From: Caecitellus pseudoparvulus
Lineage: Eukaryota; Protista; Bigyra: Bicosoecida
Reading direction: 5' to 3'
NCBI GenBank assembly: GCA_965644315.1
Contig: CBFFRQ010000042.1
Location: 661,042 to 725,041, forward strand
DNA: 64,000 nucleotides
The translations under genes and the position numbers were made by a program. The notes under the pieces were generated by a model. It had not been told where the DNA came from. It worked only from the letters and a program-made list of their open reading frames with translations, and did not search any database. Positions 1 to 10,758 of the stretch are shown one piece after another; positions within the stretch are counted from its first letter, which is position 1; each line of letters starts with the position of its first letter.

Positions 1-5
1 CGGGG

Positions 6-2882
6 TTGACAGAGGACATCCTGGCGTCGCTGCGGGAGGAGGTGGCGGTGCTGTCCAGCCTGCGCCACCCGCACATCGTCCTGTTCATCGGCTGCAACAC
101 CTCCTGCGCCAATCCCTTCATCGTGACGGAGTTCTGCTCCCGAGGCAGCCTGGATCGACTGGTTTACGCGCAGGACGCGGCGTTGCCTGCGACGCTGGCG
201 CTGCGGTTCGCACTGCAGTGTGCGCAGGGCATGGCGTACATTCACAGCCGGGACGCAGGCATGATCCACCGCGATGTCAAGTGTGAGAACTTGCTGCTGT
301 CTGGCGGCTGGGACGTGAAGGTCGCAGACTTCGGGCTGACAGTCATGAAGGCACGGGTGAAGGGCAACGCCAGCAGTGGTGCTGGCGCGGGGGGTGGGGA
401 CGGCGAAGTGGAGCGAGACCTGGCCAACCTGGGCGGCACACCCCAATTCTGTGCCCCCGAGGTATTTGAAGGGGAGCACCCAACCAACAAGGTGGACGTG
501 TACGCCTTTGGTGTCGTGCTGTGCGAGCTCTTCCACCGCGTGCTGCCCTTCTCCGACGCGTGGGACCGGTGGGACTTCATTCAGTGCGTGCTGGAGGACG
601 GCGCGACGCCCACTCTGCCCGTCTGGACAGACGTGCCGGCGCGGTATGGCGCCAGCACTGCCACCGTGCCCCTCGGCACGCCCAGCCCCCTGCTCCTGCA
701 CGCAGCTGCGGAGGTGCGGGCGGCGTCCGAGGCGGTGAGCGAGGCCCCCCGCCTGCCGGAGACGGTGCACGAGGGCTCTGCCTTCCACTGTGAGGAGAGC
801 TGGGGCGACGACGACGTCGCCTTCGCCCGGGCGCTGTGGCAGGGCATGGCTGGGGCGACCCCTGCGCAGCTGGCGTCAGGCACCGCCGCCGTGTCAGTGA
901 TGGGCAACCTGCCCACGCTGCACCCATGGCGGGTGGTGGGGCCGGGCTTGGACGGCGTGCCCGCTGAGGAGGGCGCTGCCGACCTCCGTGCGCGGGCCCG
1001 CTCCGCCTCGGGCAGCACTGACGCCAGCACGCCGGCCATCTTCCTGTCACCAGGCACAGGGCGGCTGAGCATGGCTGGCGGCAAGACTGCCACGCTGGGC
1101 TCCGACACGCCCCTGCCACCCTCCCGTCTCGACAAACTCATGCCGTCGCTGTGCGGCGCGCCGCTGGACTCCGTCCGCCCGGGGCGGGTGCAGGAGTGGA
1201 TGGCGTACGAAGGCGACGGCACGGGCGTCTTGCGCGCTCTCATCGAGGCCTGCCTGCACCGGGACCCCGACTGCCGCCCCCACTTCCACGACATCGTCAC
1301 GCTGCTGCGGGAGGTGGTGGCGCTGCCCACCCACGACCTCTTCCTCTGCTTCGAGCTGCCACGCCTGCAGGAGACGCTTTCGTACGGCCCTGTCGCGGCG
1401 CAGGGCCGTGCGGCGCGCGAGATCTCCGCGCTCTGCTGCACGGCCATGGCCGACCGCACGGTGAACCTGCGCTGCCCACCGCCGGAGCTGCTGCTGGAGG
1501 GCGCCGGCGCACAGACGCCGTCCTTCCTGCGGTCCCCCCCCCAGCGCCGGGCGTCCTTGCTGGGCATCGCCAGCGGACGGTCGGCAGATGGCTCCCTGCC
1601 GCCGGTGTTTGGGCGGGTGCTGGCCGGCTCGCCGTCCCCCGACGCCCCTCTCGCCCTGCAGGTGGGCACGCTCACCACTGCCCTGCCGCACCTTATGGCA
1701 GCCGTCGCCGCCATGCTGCGGTGCCATGACATGTCTCTACGTGCCATGTGCGGGTTCCCCCTCACAGCAAGAGGGGCAAGTGGGCTGGACCCGACCCCCC
1801 CTGGCGCACAGCCCCACCCCAGCCAGCCCACCGAGCCCGCCACGCCTGCTGCCGACAGCAAGTCTGCGGCGCGGGGCAGCAAGATGGCTGCCCGCCGCGC
1901 CGCCCGCAAGGCCATGGAGCAGATGTACGCCCAGCGCACGGACGCGGAAGGCATCATGGAGGCGGTGGTGGCTGGCGTACAGGCGCTGGAGTTCCTGCTG
2001 TTCACGTGGGTGTCCCTGGAAGGCACCGACGCCGCCCAGCAGCAGGGCACCGTCCTGCCCTTCTCCGCCATGGAGCACATCGCATCCTGCGGCATGCTGC
2101 CGCCGCAGGAGCTGTCGCGGGTGGCGCACAGCCTGGCCACGCTGGCCTCCGCACCGCGCCCCCTCCTGCGGTGGGCGGAGCAAGTGCAGCAGCTGCTGGA
2201 CACGGGTGCCAAGGCCCCGCGCGGCGCACAGGGCGGCGGGGACCTGTCCACGGCCAAGAACTACACCGTGCGCAGCCACGTGCAGGGCACGGCCGCCCGC
2301 CTCTTCGGCACGCTGTGGGTGGTGCTCCCTGCGCACCGCGGCAAGCTGGAGCGCATCCTCGCCAACACCCTCGCAGCGGCGTGCCTGTCCCAGCATGAGC
2401 CAGGCGCCCACGCGAACGCCCACCTTGCCTGGCTGTGCAAGCCCTTTATGGAGGTCCAGGCGAGGGAGGCGGTGCGGCCGTCGCCGGCTCGGCGTGCCAC
2501 CGTGGCGGTGCCCCGACGGTCGGCAGCTGCTGGCACGCCAGGCGCTGCGGGGGAAGGGACGGTGATTGTGCTGGGGAACCAGGTCCTCACGAGGGGCCAG
2601 CGCCTGGTGGCGGGGACGGTGGACACCTCCTCCACCGCCAAAGTGTCGGACACCGTCGCGTCATGGCAGCAGCGGAGCACGCCGCCCATGGCCCGCAGGG
2701 GCAGCGCGAGTGGCAGCTCGAGGACGGCCCGACCGCCCAGCAGCGTGCGTGCGACACCCCCTCCAAAGACAACGCCTGCTCCGCCCCCGCGGGGGGCCAA
2801 GGTCAGCGCGCAAGGCCGAGAGGGGGAAGGGGTGGGCAGCCCGCCCCCGCCGCCACCTGCGCCGGAAGTGGATGGCGTGTGA
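6..2882 (+). CDS. TKL-type Ser/Thr protein kinase, 5'-partial (N-lobe starts before the window)
   Basis: LRHPHIVLFIG, HRDVKCENLL, VKVADFG, GTPQFCAPE, DVYAFGVVLCE and the subdomain XI motif CLHRDPDCRPHF; long C-terminal helical and low-complexity region. Confidence 0.9.
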   Translation: MTEDILASLREEVAVLSSLRHPHIVLFIGCNTSCANPFIVTEFCSRGSLDRLVYAQDAALPATLALRFALQCAQGMAYIHSRDAGMIHRDVKCENLLLSGGWDVKVADFGLTVMKARVKGNASSGAGAGGGDGEVERDLANLGGTPQFCAPEVFEGEHPTNKVDVYAFGVVLCELFHRVLPFSDAWDRWDFIQCVLEDGATPTLPVWTDVPARYGASTATVPLGTPSPLLLHAAAEVRAASEAVSEAPRLPETVHEGSAFHCEESWGDDDVAFARALWQGMAGATPAQLASGTAAVSVMGNLPTLHPWRVVGPGLDGVPAEEGAADLRARARSASGSTDASTPAIFLSPGTGRLSMAGGKTATLGSDTPLPPSRLDKLMPSLCGAPLDSVRPGRVQEWMAYEGDGTGVLRALIEACLHRDPDCRPHFHDIVTLLREVVALPTHDLFLCFELPRLQETLSYGPVAAQGRAAREISALCCTAMADRTVNLRCPPPELLLEGAGAQTPSFLRSPPQRRASLLGIASGRSADGSLPPVFGRVLAGSPSPDAPLALQVGTLTTALPHLMAAVAAMLRCHDMSLRAMCGFPLTARGASGLDPTPPGAQPHPSQPTEPATPAADSKSAARGSKMAARRAARKAMEQMYAQRTDAEGIMEAVVAGVQALEFLLFTWVSLEGTDAAQQQGTVLPFSAMEHIASCGMLPPQELSRVAHSLATLASAPRPLLRWAEQVQQLLDTGAKAPRGAQGGGDLSTAKNYTVRSHVQGTAARLFGTLWVVLPAHRGKLERILANTLAAACLSQHEPGAHANAHLAWLCKPFMEVQAREAVRPSPARRATVAVPRRSAAAGTPGAAGEGTVIVLGNQVLTRGQRLVAGTVDTSSTAKVSDTVASWQQRSTPPMARRGSASGSSRTARPPSSVRATPPPKTTPAPPPRGAKVSAQGREGEGVGSPPPPPPAPEVDGV

Positions 2883-2932
2883 GCTGCAGCGCTTTGCATT
2901 GCGCATGAGAATGTACACCCTCTCTTTCCACC

Positions 2933-5900
2933 TCAACCAGCGGCCGTCCCCACAGGCCCGCCCTCCTCCTCACCCTCCCCATCCACCGCCTCGTCATCCT
3001 CATGCACGGCTTCGCCGGCTCGCAGGCGGCGAATGGTGGCCTTCAGGTGCCGCACCAGCTTGGATTCCTCTGACTTGGCAGCTGTGTTGGTGATCTTCTT
3101 CACTCGCTCAGCGTACTGCAGCGAGGACAGCGTCTCGTCGGTGTTGTCCTCTGCCGGCGAAATGTTCACGAACATGAGTGTCTTCGCACTGCCGCCCAGG
3201 CCATCCTGCAGCACGCGCGTGAGCAAGTTGTCGCGGTAGGGCACGTGGCCAGGGCCCTCGTCTGTGCCCTCCGTCGAGGACAGCTTGTTGATGACGTTGC
3301 CCAGGGCAGCGAGGGAGCGGTTGATGCTCTGGGCCTCCCGCAGGCGCTCCGCATCAGCGCCAGTCTTGGACACGCGCTCCGAGCCAGCAAGATCCACCAG
3401 GGTCAGCTTGCCGAAGGAGGTCTTGCCCGTGGCCGTGTTGCGCACCTGGATCATGATGGTGAAGACGAGGTGTGAGCGGGACGATTCGGCGTTCATCTTG
3501 GTGGAGCCGGTCTTTCGGGCCGCATTGCCCTCATCGAAGTGCGCCAGCACCTCTGCTGGCGAGTGTGCTTCACGCACAGCGGCGCCTTGGATGAACACGC
3601 GCTTCTTGCGGTCCATCTTCACCTCCAGGCGGGGGGGCTTCAGACTCCCACCCGCCTTGGCGTGGTCCACCATGAAGTACAGGTCTTGCAAGTTGTCGTT
3701 GTACAGCTCCACCATGGTGGTGGTGATGGACACCTCCGTGCTGTCTGCGTTCTCCTCCATGATGGAGAAGAGCCGCGCGATGGCGCGCGGTGTGACGCCC
3801 AGCAGCTCGCCGCCGCCCGCTGTCGCGCCCAGCATGGTGAACGTCTTGCCACTGCCCGTCTGCCCGTATGCGAAGATGCAGACGTTGTACCCGTCGAAGG
3901 CAGACTGGATGAGGTTGTCCACCTCCTCGTACACCTCTGGCTGCGTGGAGGTGGGCCCGAACACGTGGTCGTACACGAAGCTCCGGTCGCCCTTGTCCGT
4001 GCCCAGAGTGATGGTCATGTCGTCGGGCATTGACACGACCGAAGGCGACTTCAGGTCCCGCTCGCGCTTGTTGGGCGGGCGGCACCTCGCGTACACGCGG
4101 ATCTTGCCCTTCATGTCTTCCAGCGCGTTGTGCAGGCGCTTGCGCTTGACTTGCTCCTCACGGTACAGCTTGGCCAGCTCAGCCCCCTGCTTCTCCAGCT
4201 CCTTGATGCTGGCTTGCGCCTCCACCAGGGCCGCGCTCTGGGCACGCAGGCCCTCCAGCTCCGCCTGCAGGTCCCCCATGCCGCCCACCTGCGCCTTGAG
4301 CCCGTCGCGTTCGGCCGTCACCTCTGCCAGGCGCCCCTCCAGCTCCTCGCTCCGGGCTGCCAGGGCGTCGGCCTCCTTGGTCTTGCGGGTGAGGTCTTTG
4401 GTCACCTTGGCCACGGCCTCGTCCTGCGCCTTGGCGGCCTTCTTCAGCTCGCTGTCCATCTGCTTCTGCATGCGGCGCACTTCCTTGTCGGCTTCCGAGG
4501 CGGCCGCCCCCGTGCCCTTCTCCAGGCGCGCGATCTCCACCGACGCCTTCTTCAGCTCCGCCTTCACGCTGCGCAGCTCCTTCTCCTTGTCCTTCACCTT
4601 GCCCTTCTCCTTCTCCAGCGCCTCCTTCAACCTGCCTTCTGCGGCACTGCTGCCACCCGAAGCAGCAGCGCCACCCCGGCCGCCGCCCCGGCCCGCGTCA
4701 GCTTGCGCCGCCTCCACTTGCGCCTTGAGCTCTGCCACCTTGTCCTGCAACACCGCCACCTTCTTCTCGGCGCGGTCTGCACGCCGGGAAGCCTCCCGAG
4801 CATCTGCAGATGGGGCGCCACCATGGGCGGAGCGCTGTGCCGGCGCCGCGTGGGCGGGGCGCGACGCAGCAGCGGCTTGGGCAGCCTTTGTGGCGGCTTG
4901 TGCTGCCTGCAGCTCCGCTTGCAGCGCCGCCAGGGCAGCGGCAGAGGCACCGTCGTCCCCAGCGCCGCCGCTTTGCGCCGGCTCAGGCAGGTCACCCTCC
5001 AGCAGCGCCGCGGCATCCTTCACAAAAGCATCCAGGGCTGTGCGCAGGGCAAGGGCAGCCTTGGACACCTTCAAGCTGGCAGCCTCTTCTCGGGTGGACT
5101 GCAAGGCTTGCAGCAGGGGCTGCAGTGGCTCGTAGTCATGCTTGCCCAGCCGGCCAAGGACGTCGGAGATGGTGTCCTGCAGCACGGAGCAGACCTCAGA
5201 CTTCTTCTTCTCCTTCCACAGGGTCTTGGCGTGGGCGATGGCGGCGCCCACTGCCTCGATGAGGGCCTCCAAGTCTTCACGCAAGGAAGGGCCGCCGCTG
5301 CCGCCGCCAGCGCCTGCCTGGGCAGCGCTTGTTGCTGCCTGCGCCAACGCAATACGGTGCGCGATGGCATCCTCGGCTGCCTGCGCCTTGGCAGACTCCA
5401 GGGCATCCTGCAGCGCGGCCACCTCGCCCTCCAGCTCTTCCTGCCGCGTCTGCAGGTCGGCCACTTCAGCCTCCAACTCCGCTTCGCGCTCCGCATCCCC
5501 CTCAGGCGACGCGCTAGACGACCTCCCTGCCGCCAGCTCTGCCTTGAGCGCAGCCACAGTGCCCTGTGCGGCTGCCAGGTCCTGCTGTGCTTGGGCAGCT
5601 GCCTCGCGCTGCTGCGCCAACGACGCCTCCACCACAGCCAGCTCGGCAGCTGGCACGGAGTCACCGCCAGCATCCGCACGGGCATCCAAGCGCGCCTGCA
5701 GGTCGTCCCGCTCGCTGTCGGCAGCTTGCAGGCGCGCCTGTAGCCGTGCGACCTCCTCCTTCGCGCGCCGCAGCTCGGCACCCGAGGCAGCGGCTGGGGG
5801 TGGGCCGCTGAGGCGCCCCGCGGCGAAGTCTTCCTCTGCACGGGCCAGGGCAGCCTCTGCCTCCTGCAGTCGCCGCTGTGCCTCGGCGTTGGAGGCGCTG

Positions 5901-7360
5901 GCGGCATCAGCTGCGGCCACTTGCTCCTTGTGCTGGGCCGACAACGCATCGTATGCGTGGTACTGCTCCTTGATGGCCTTCTTGGCCTCCTTGTCCGCCG
6001 GCTGGCCCTCCCGAGCCTCGTAGTCTGCCAGCCACGTCTTGATGTCAGCCTTGACAGCCTTGTACCTGCCGTGCAGCGCATCTGCCTCAGCTGCCGCCTC
6101 CGCTGCCGCCTCCGCGCTCTCCTGCACCTCCGCCCCTGCCACCCGCACCTCCTCACGGAATGGCGCCAGGGCAGCTTCACGAGCCGCTGGATCCACAGGC
6201 GGTGCGTTGAGCAGGCCCAGGTCGCGCAGTTGCTGTGCCCGCGGTGGGTCTGCCTGCCACTCCCGCAGGGTGGTCAGGAACTGCTCGTCGGACTGGGCAG
6301 GCTGCACAGCGGCAGAGGGCGCGGCGGCCCACTCGCCCCGCGGGGAGGTCTGCAGGCGCTGCACCTCTGCAGCCAGTCGCTCCCTGTCTTCCTCCAGCGC
6401 TGCCAGGCGCACTGCCGCCTGTGGGTCACCTGTGGCGCCGCCCGCCTTCTCAGCTGTGGCGGCAAGCACCGTGGCGCCTTGCCCCGCCTTGGCCAGCGCC
6501 GCCTGCAACGCCGCCACCTGTTGCTGCAGGGCAGCAATGGTGGCTTCGCGGGCGTCCAGCTTGGCGTCGGCGCGCTGCTGCAGCTGCCGCTTCAGGGCGG
6601 GGAAGGCCGCATGTGCAGCGTGCAGTGCCGCCAAGGCAGGCCCTGCGGCGGGCCCATCGCTGCCACCTGCGGTGGTCGGCAGCGTTGCAGCTGCCGCAGC
6701 AGCAGCTTCTGCCGCGTCTGCCTTTGCTTCTGCTGTCTTGGTCGCTGCCTGGGACTGTGCCAGCTCCTCGCGCAGCTCAGCCAGCGCCTGCGCGTGCTGC
6801 TCCTCGATAACCTGCCGCAGACGGTCCGAGTCGCCACCAGAGGCATCCACCTGGGCCTCCAGGTGCGCCACGCGCTTCTCTGCCTCGGCGGCGGCGGCAG
6901 CTGCTCGCCGGCGCTCCTCCTGGCGCTGAGCCTCGGCGGAGGTCAGCTCCTGCTTCAGCTCGGTGGCGGCGGAGCGGTAGTACTGGATGCGTGTGTTGGC
7001 ACGGGAGCGCATGTCCTCGATGTACGACACGTAGTGCTGCCGTGCTGTGGCCTCCCTGTCGCTGTAGTACTGCTGCACCTTGCGCAGGAGGTCAGCGTGC
7101 CGTGCACGCATGGCTTCCATGTCGCCCGTCATGCGCTTGATGGTGTCTTGCGCCACGCTGAGGGGGATGTACGACTGCTCCTTCACCTCAGAGGGCTGCG
7201 GGACTTTCTGCTCCCCTGCGCTCTCAGCAGTGCGCCCTCCGTGCGGAGTTGCTCCGTACTCGGCAAAGACGTGGTCAGTGGCAGGCAAGCTGCCAGCAGG
7301 GCTTCGCGCCGCTCCAGGCCCTACTCCCGCCGCGGCCAGCCGGGACTTCAGGGAAGCCAT
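2933..7360 (-). CDS. Kinesin-14 family motor (long coiled coil plus C-terminal motor domain)
   Basis: Neck RKRLHNALEDMKGKIRVYARCRP, P-loop AYGQTGSGKT, NAESSRSH, LVDLAGSER, HVPYRD; ATG at 7360 (MASLKSRL). Confidence 0.95.
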   Translation of the reverse strand: MASLKSRLAAAGVGPGAARSPAGSLPATDHVFAEYGATPHGGRTAESAGEQKVPQPSEVKEQSYIPLSVAQDTIKRMTGDMEAMRARHADLLRKVQQYYSDREATARQHYVSYIEDMRSRANTRIQYYRSAATELKQELTSAEAQRQEERRRAAAAAAEAEKRVAHLEAQVDASGGDSDRLRQVIEEQHAQALAELREELAQSQAATKTAEAKADAAEAAAAAAATLPTTAGGSDGPAAGPALAALHAAHAAFPALKRQLQQRADAKLDAREATIAALQQQVAALQAALAKAGQGATVLAATAEKAGGATGDPQAAVRLAALEEDRERLAAEVQRLQTSPRGEWAAAPSAAVQPAQSDEQFLTTLREWQADPPRAQQLRDLGLLNAPPVDPAAREAALAPFREEVRVAGAEVQESAEAAAEAAAEADALHGRYKAVKADIKTWLADYEAREGQPADKEAKKAIKEQYHAYDALSAQHKEQVAAADAASASNAEAQRRLQEAEAALARAEEDFAAGRLSGPPPAAASGAELRRAKEEVARLQARLQAADSERDDLQARLDARADAGGDSVPAAELAVVEASLAQQREAAAQAQQDLAAAQGTVAALKAELAAGRSSSASPEGDAEREAELEAEVADLQTRQEELEGEVAALQDALESAKAQAAEDAIAHRIALAQAATSAAQAGAGGGSGGPSLREDLEALIEAVGAAIAHAKTLWKEKKKSEVCSVLQDTISDVLGRLGKHDYEPLQPLLQALQSTREEAASLKVSKAALALRTALDAFVKDAAALLEGDLPEPAQSGGAGDDGASAAALAALQAELQAAQAATKAAQAAAASRPAHAAPAQRSAHGGAPSADAREASRRADRAEKKVAVLQDKVAELKAQVEAAQADAGRGGGRGGAAASGGSSAAEGRLKEALEKEKGKVKDKEKELRSVKAELKKASVEIARLEKGTGAAASEADKEVRRMQKQMDSELKKAAKAQDEAVAKVTKDLTRKTKEADALAARSEELEGRLAEVTAERDGLKAQVGGMGDLQAELEGLRAQSAALVEAQASIKELEKQGAELAKLYREEQVKRKRLHNALEDMKGKIRVYARCRPPNKRERDLKSPSVVSMPDDMTITLGTDKGDRSFVYDHVFGPTSTQPEVYEEVDNLIQSAFDGYNVCIFAYGQTGSGKTFTMLGATAGGGELLGVTPRAIARLFSIMEENADSTEVSITTTMVELYNDNLQDLYFMVDHAKAGGSLKPPRLEVKMDRKKRVFIQGAAVREAHSPAEVLAHFDEGNAARKTGSTKMNAESSRSHLVFTIMIQVRNTATGKTSFGKLTLVDLAGSERVSKTGADAERLREAQSINRSLAALGNVINKLSSTEGTDEGPGHVPYRDNLLTRVLQDGLGGSAKTLMFVNISPAEDNTDETLSSLQYAERVKKITNTAAKSEESKLVRHLKATIRRLRAGEAVHEDDEAVDGEGEEEGGPVGTAAG

Positions 7361-7916
7361 GCCAAACAGACAGTTGTACAAGCGATGCTACACGGGTCTG
7401 CAGGGTGTGGGGCGTTGCCCGGCCGCCTAGCCTTGCGGGTGGGCTGTAACCGACTGCGGAAGTTGCAGAGAGGTAGAAACGCCGTGGCGTCGCTTGCAGC
7501 CAGCCAAGGCGCACGCAAGGCAAGCACCAACCCAGCGAAAGTCGATGGCTCTCAAAGATGCATATGTTTCAGGAGTGGCCCTGTGTGTGAATTGTGTTGC
7601 GCAGGGTTTGACTGGGCTTCGGCGAGAGGCGAGAGGCAGACAAGCAAAGTGCCAGCTGCGTTGCCTGGCTGCACGGAGGCACACAAAGCGCAAGCTGCGA
7701 GTCAAACGTCTTCAGTGCACACGAACCCTGTGCTAGCAGGAGATAGCGGGGGTGCAGCATGGCGCCGCTTGCCCGGAAGCTGCCCAGACCGCTGCCCCGC
7801 GGCGCTGGCTTGAGCGCGGTGGGTGGCAAGGACGCCTCCTAGCAGGCCTACAGCCTGTCCTGCCTGCCATGGCACAAGGGGCACTCGCCAGCCCCCCATG
7901 CAAGCCAAGGCCTGCC

Positions 7917-8408
7917 CTAGCGGGGGGCGGTGGACCGTGCTGCTGCTGTGGCGCCTGACGCTCGCAGGGTGCTGCCGTGCTTCACCTTCTGCACCTGCAA
8001 GCGATCCCGCAGCGCAGCCATGGTGGCCTTGGCCGCTTCGAGCTGTGCCGCCGCCGTGCGCAGGGCCATGGCCTGGTGCTCGCAGTGCATGACGGCGTGC
8101 TGCAGGGACGTGTGCAGCACGGCAGCTGCCGCAGCTGACGACCCCCGCGCCGCAGTGAGGTCTTCCACCGAGGTGTTGGCAAGCTCCAAGGCCAGCACAG
8201 TGCCTCTGGCTTGGTGCCAAGCAGGGAAGGCGGCCTGCTGACCCTTGGCGAGGAAGCCGATGTCCACACCGGCCGTGTCACTGTCGGAGTCATCTGGTGC
8301 CGTGGTCTTTGCAGGACCTGTTGTGGCAAGGGGCTGCTGGCCAGCTGGAGAACTGGGATATGAGGGCACCCCCCTGCCTTTGCGGCTGCGCTTCTGCCCA
8401 CGTGACAT
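7917..8408 (-). CDS. Hypothetical protein (basic N-terminus, predicted coiled coil)
   Basis: ATG at 8408 (MSRGQKRSRKGR) opens a coding-like frame that fills the gap between two genes; no family recognised and the 3' end may be spliced. Confidence 0.35.
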   Translation of the reverse strand: MSRGQKRSRKGRGVPSYPSSPAGQQPLATTGPAKTTAPDDSDSDTAGVDIGFLAKGQQAAFPAWHQARGTVLALELANTSVEDLTAARGSSAAAAAVLHTSLQHAVMHCEHQAMALRTAAAQLEAAKATMAALRDRLQVQKVKHGSTLRASGATAAARSTAPR

Positions 8409-8781
8409 GCTAAGCCAGGGGCGCGAGTGTGGGGCTGACCAATTTCCGCGCGGGCGTCGTGCTGGCCGAGCTTGCTGCGCGGTGGTTGGGGCCCAGCGCC
8501 CAGGGTACAGAGAGGACTGTATGGAAAAGCAGTCAGCGTACGCCGTGGTCGGATGCGGCGGTCGGAAGATTTTGTCGGGGCGTGTGCTCGAGGCTTGAGC
8601 CTCCTTTTGCCGCAAGGCACCAACTTCGCCGCGACAAGCAAGCCCATTCCGATGGCAAGGAACAAAACGAAAGACAAGCACGCGCTCGCGGGGGTTAGCC
8701 ATCAAGCCCTCCCCGGAAGGGTCAATTTCGCCGCGAGGAGGCTGCAGCCCCCGGTGCAAACTCGCCAGCGTTTCGCGCAGC

Positions 8782-10503
8782 ATGGCGGCGGAGGGGCAGC
8801 AGGAGCCACGCATGGGCACAGTGTCAAGTGACCCGGAAGGTGTTGCTGCAGGGGAGGCAACAGTGTCACGAAGCACCCATGACGAATCTAAGCGGCCCAG
8901 CCGGTACATGAAAGTGCGTAGGCAGCGAGGGCGGCAGCGTTTCATGTGCCTGGTGCACTGTGGAAATGCACGGTGCTCCCCCTTTGCAGCCAAGCCCCGA
9001 GGAGATGCCAGGGTCCACCTCCATTCGGAAAATGTCAGTAGGCAGCGCGGGACTATGCCGCCATCCTGCAGCGCGTGCATCCCTGCCCCGATTGCGCCGC
9101 GCAGATATAAGACGTACGACAAGGAGGAGGGCGTGGAGGTGGCGTTCCACACGGTGCACACCTCCATCGCCTCGACCGCTGTCAGTGTCCCTGCCGCTGT
9201 GTCAAGCCCACACCTGTTGCGAGTGCTAGATCAGTGGAGTGAGGGCGACCATCACGTGTACGTGACGGAGATCGTGGTGGACGGCACTTTGGAGGGCTTC
9301 GTGCAGCGTGTCGGCGCCGACGTGAAGATGAAGGTGCTGCGGAAGTGGTGTCGCCAGCTGCTGCAGCTGGTGGACACCCTCAGCAAGCAGGAGCCACCCG
9401 TCGCCATCGGGTACATCCGCCCGGACAACATCTTCCTGAACTCCACAGAGGGCTGGGCGCGCCTGTGTGCCCTGCGCATGCAGCATGGGGACGAGGAGGG
9501 GGGCACCTGCTCCTCGGCACTGTACGCGGCGCCAGAGCACGACCCCGCCGCGCCCACTCCCTCCGGAGACATTTACAGTCTGGGCTTGACGCTGCTGCAG
9601 CTGGCCACGCAGGAGGCGCCGTCGTGGGTGGGGGAGGACGGCTCCCCCCTGGACCCCCAGGCCGCCAAGCAGCGCGGCATCCTGCCTGCCGCCCTGCAGG
9701 GCAGTGACGGCCCCGACTCTGCCTCCAACGCCGAGCTGTACGACTTCCTCCGGCTCTGCTTGCTGGACGCGCAGCGGCGCCCGTCAGCGGCCGAGCTGCT
9801 GCAGCACTCGTGGGCTCAGAAGCGGCGGCGGGCAGCTGGGGCAGCCAGCACGCCCAAGCCGCCTGGGGAGGGGGAGGCGGCAGCCACTCCAGAGGATGGC
9901 GAGGCAGGTGCTGGGGAGGCCAACCAGCCGCAGACACCGGCACCAGCACCGGCGCCAGCACCGGCACCAGCGGCACAAGGCACGGCTGGCGGTGTGCGGC
10001 GCACCACAGCACGCGCGACAGCTTACCCACCCACCAAGCCAGCCATCGTGTCTGCACAAGGTGGTGCGACGGGCGCCGCCACTCCTGCTGCTGCGGCAGT
10101 GGGCACCCCAGCTGTGCCACGGGAGGCTGCAGGCGGCACAGTGGAAGCCACCATTGGCCCGCCGACGGAGCTGGTGGGGCTGACTCTGGACTCTTTCACG
10201 TACAAGGGGATGAAACGGGTGTCTGTGCAGATTTCCCTGTTTTCCAAGTCTGAGACAGCCCACGATGAGCTGCGGTACCGCTCCCTGAAGTTTGTGTGCG
10301 ACAGGGAGCCGCCCGAGAAGGAGCTGGCGGCCATCGCGCAGGAGCTGGTCACGCAGAACTTGGTGCGACAGCAGGACAGGGAGCACGTCTACAAGTTACT
10401 GGAGCTCAGCGTAGGCCGGGTGTTGCAAGAGCCACTGGCCTACAGCAGGGCTGTGGAGGCTCCGGAGCTGTCGAAGCCGGCGCCTGCTGGCGGGAAGGCT
10501 TGA
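8782..10503 (+). CDS. WNK/NRBP-like protein kinase, probably a pseudokinase (likely intron(s) around 8915-9105)
   Basis: YKTYDKEEGVEVAF, VTEIVVDGTL, KVLRKWCRQLL, YAAPE, DIYSLG and RRPSAAELLQH are WNK-like; HRD and DFG are absent (IGYIRPDNIFLN; RLCAL). Confidence 0.75.
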   Translation: MAAEGQQEPRMGTVSSDPEGVAAGEATVSRSTHDESKRPSRYMKVRRQRGRQRFMCLVHCGNARCSPFAAKPRGDARVHLHSENVSRQRGTMPPSCSACIPAPIAPRRYKTYDKEEGVEVAFHTVHTSIASTAVSVPAAVSSPHLLRVLDQWSEGDHHVYVTEIVVDGTLEGFVQRVGADVKMKVLRKWCRQLLQLVDTLSKQEPPVAIGYIRPDNIFLNSTEGWARLCALRMQHGDEEGGTCSSALYAAPEHDPAAPTPSGDIYSLGLTLLQLATQEAPSWVGEDGSPLDPQAAKQRGILPAALQGSDGPDSASNAELYDFLRLCLLDAQRRPSAAELLQHSWAQKRRRAAGAASTPKPPGEGEAAATPEDGEAGAGEANQPQTPAPAPAPAPAPAAQGTAGGVRRTTARATAYPPTKPAIVSAQGGATGAATPAAAAVGTPAVPREAAGGTVEATIGPPTELVGLTLDSFTYKGMKRVSVQISLFSKSETAHDELRYRSLKFVCDREPPEKELAAIAQELVTQNLVRQQDREHVYKLLELSVGRVLQEPLAYSRAVEAPELSKPAPAGGKA

Positions 10504-10758
10504 CCAGGGCACAGCTTTGCCGCCTGCCCTGGCAGCAGGGCGCTTGTCCCACTTCCGCGCAGACAATGTAAACAATAGTGCTTGACAACGGGCGTGCAAG
10601 GGTGCAGTCCTCGCTTCGCCAGTGCTGGTGGTGTCCCTGCTCCTGTCAGCGTTTCGCGTTTCGCCCTCACAGCGCCGTCCTCAACACCGGCCGGCGTGTG
10701 GCTGCGCCGGCAGACGCCCGCGACAGGCTTGGCAGCGGGGAGAACGCACGTGCCAGGC

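Noticed and set aside
581-7813. Long antisense and alternative-frame ORFs (for example 581-2257, 3264-5135, 5921-7813; also 51154-52747 and 28458-30011)
   Set aside because: Shadow ORFs caused by high GC and tandem repeats opposite well-supported genes.
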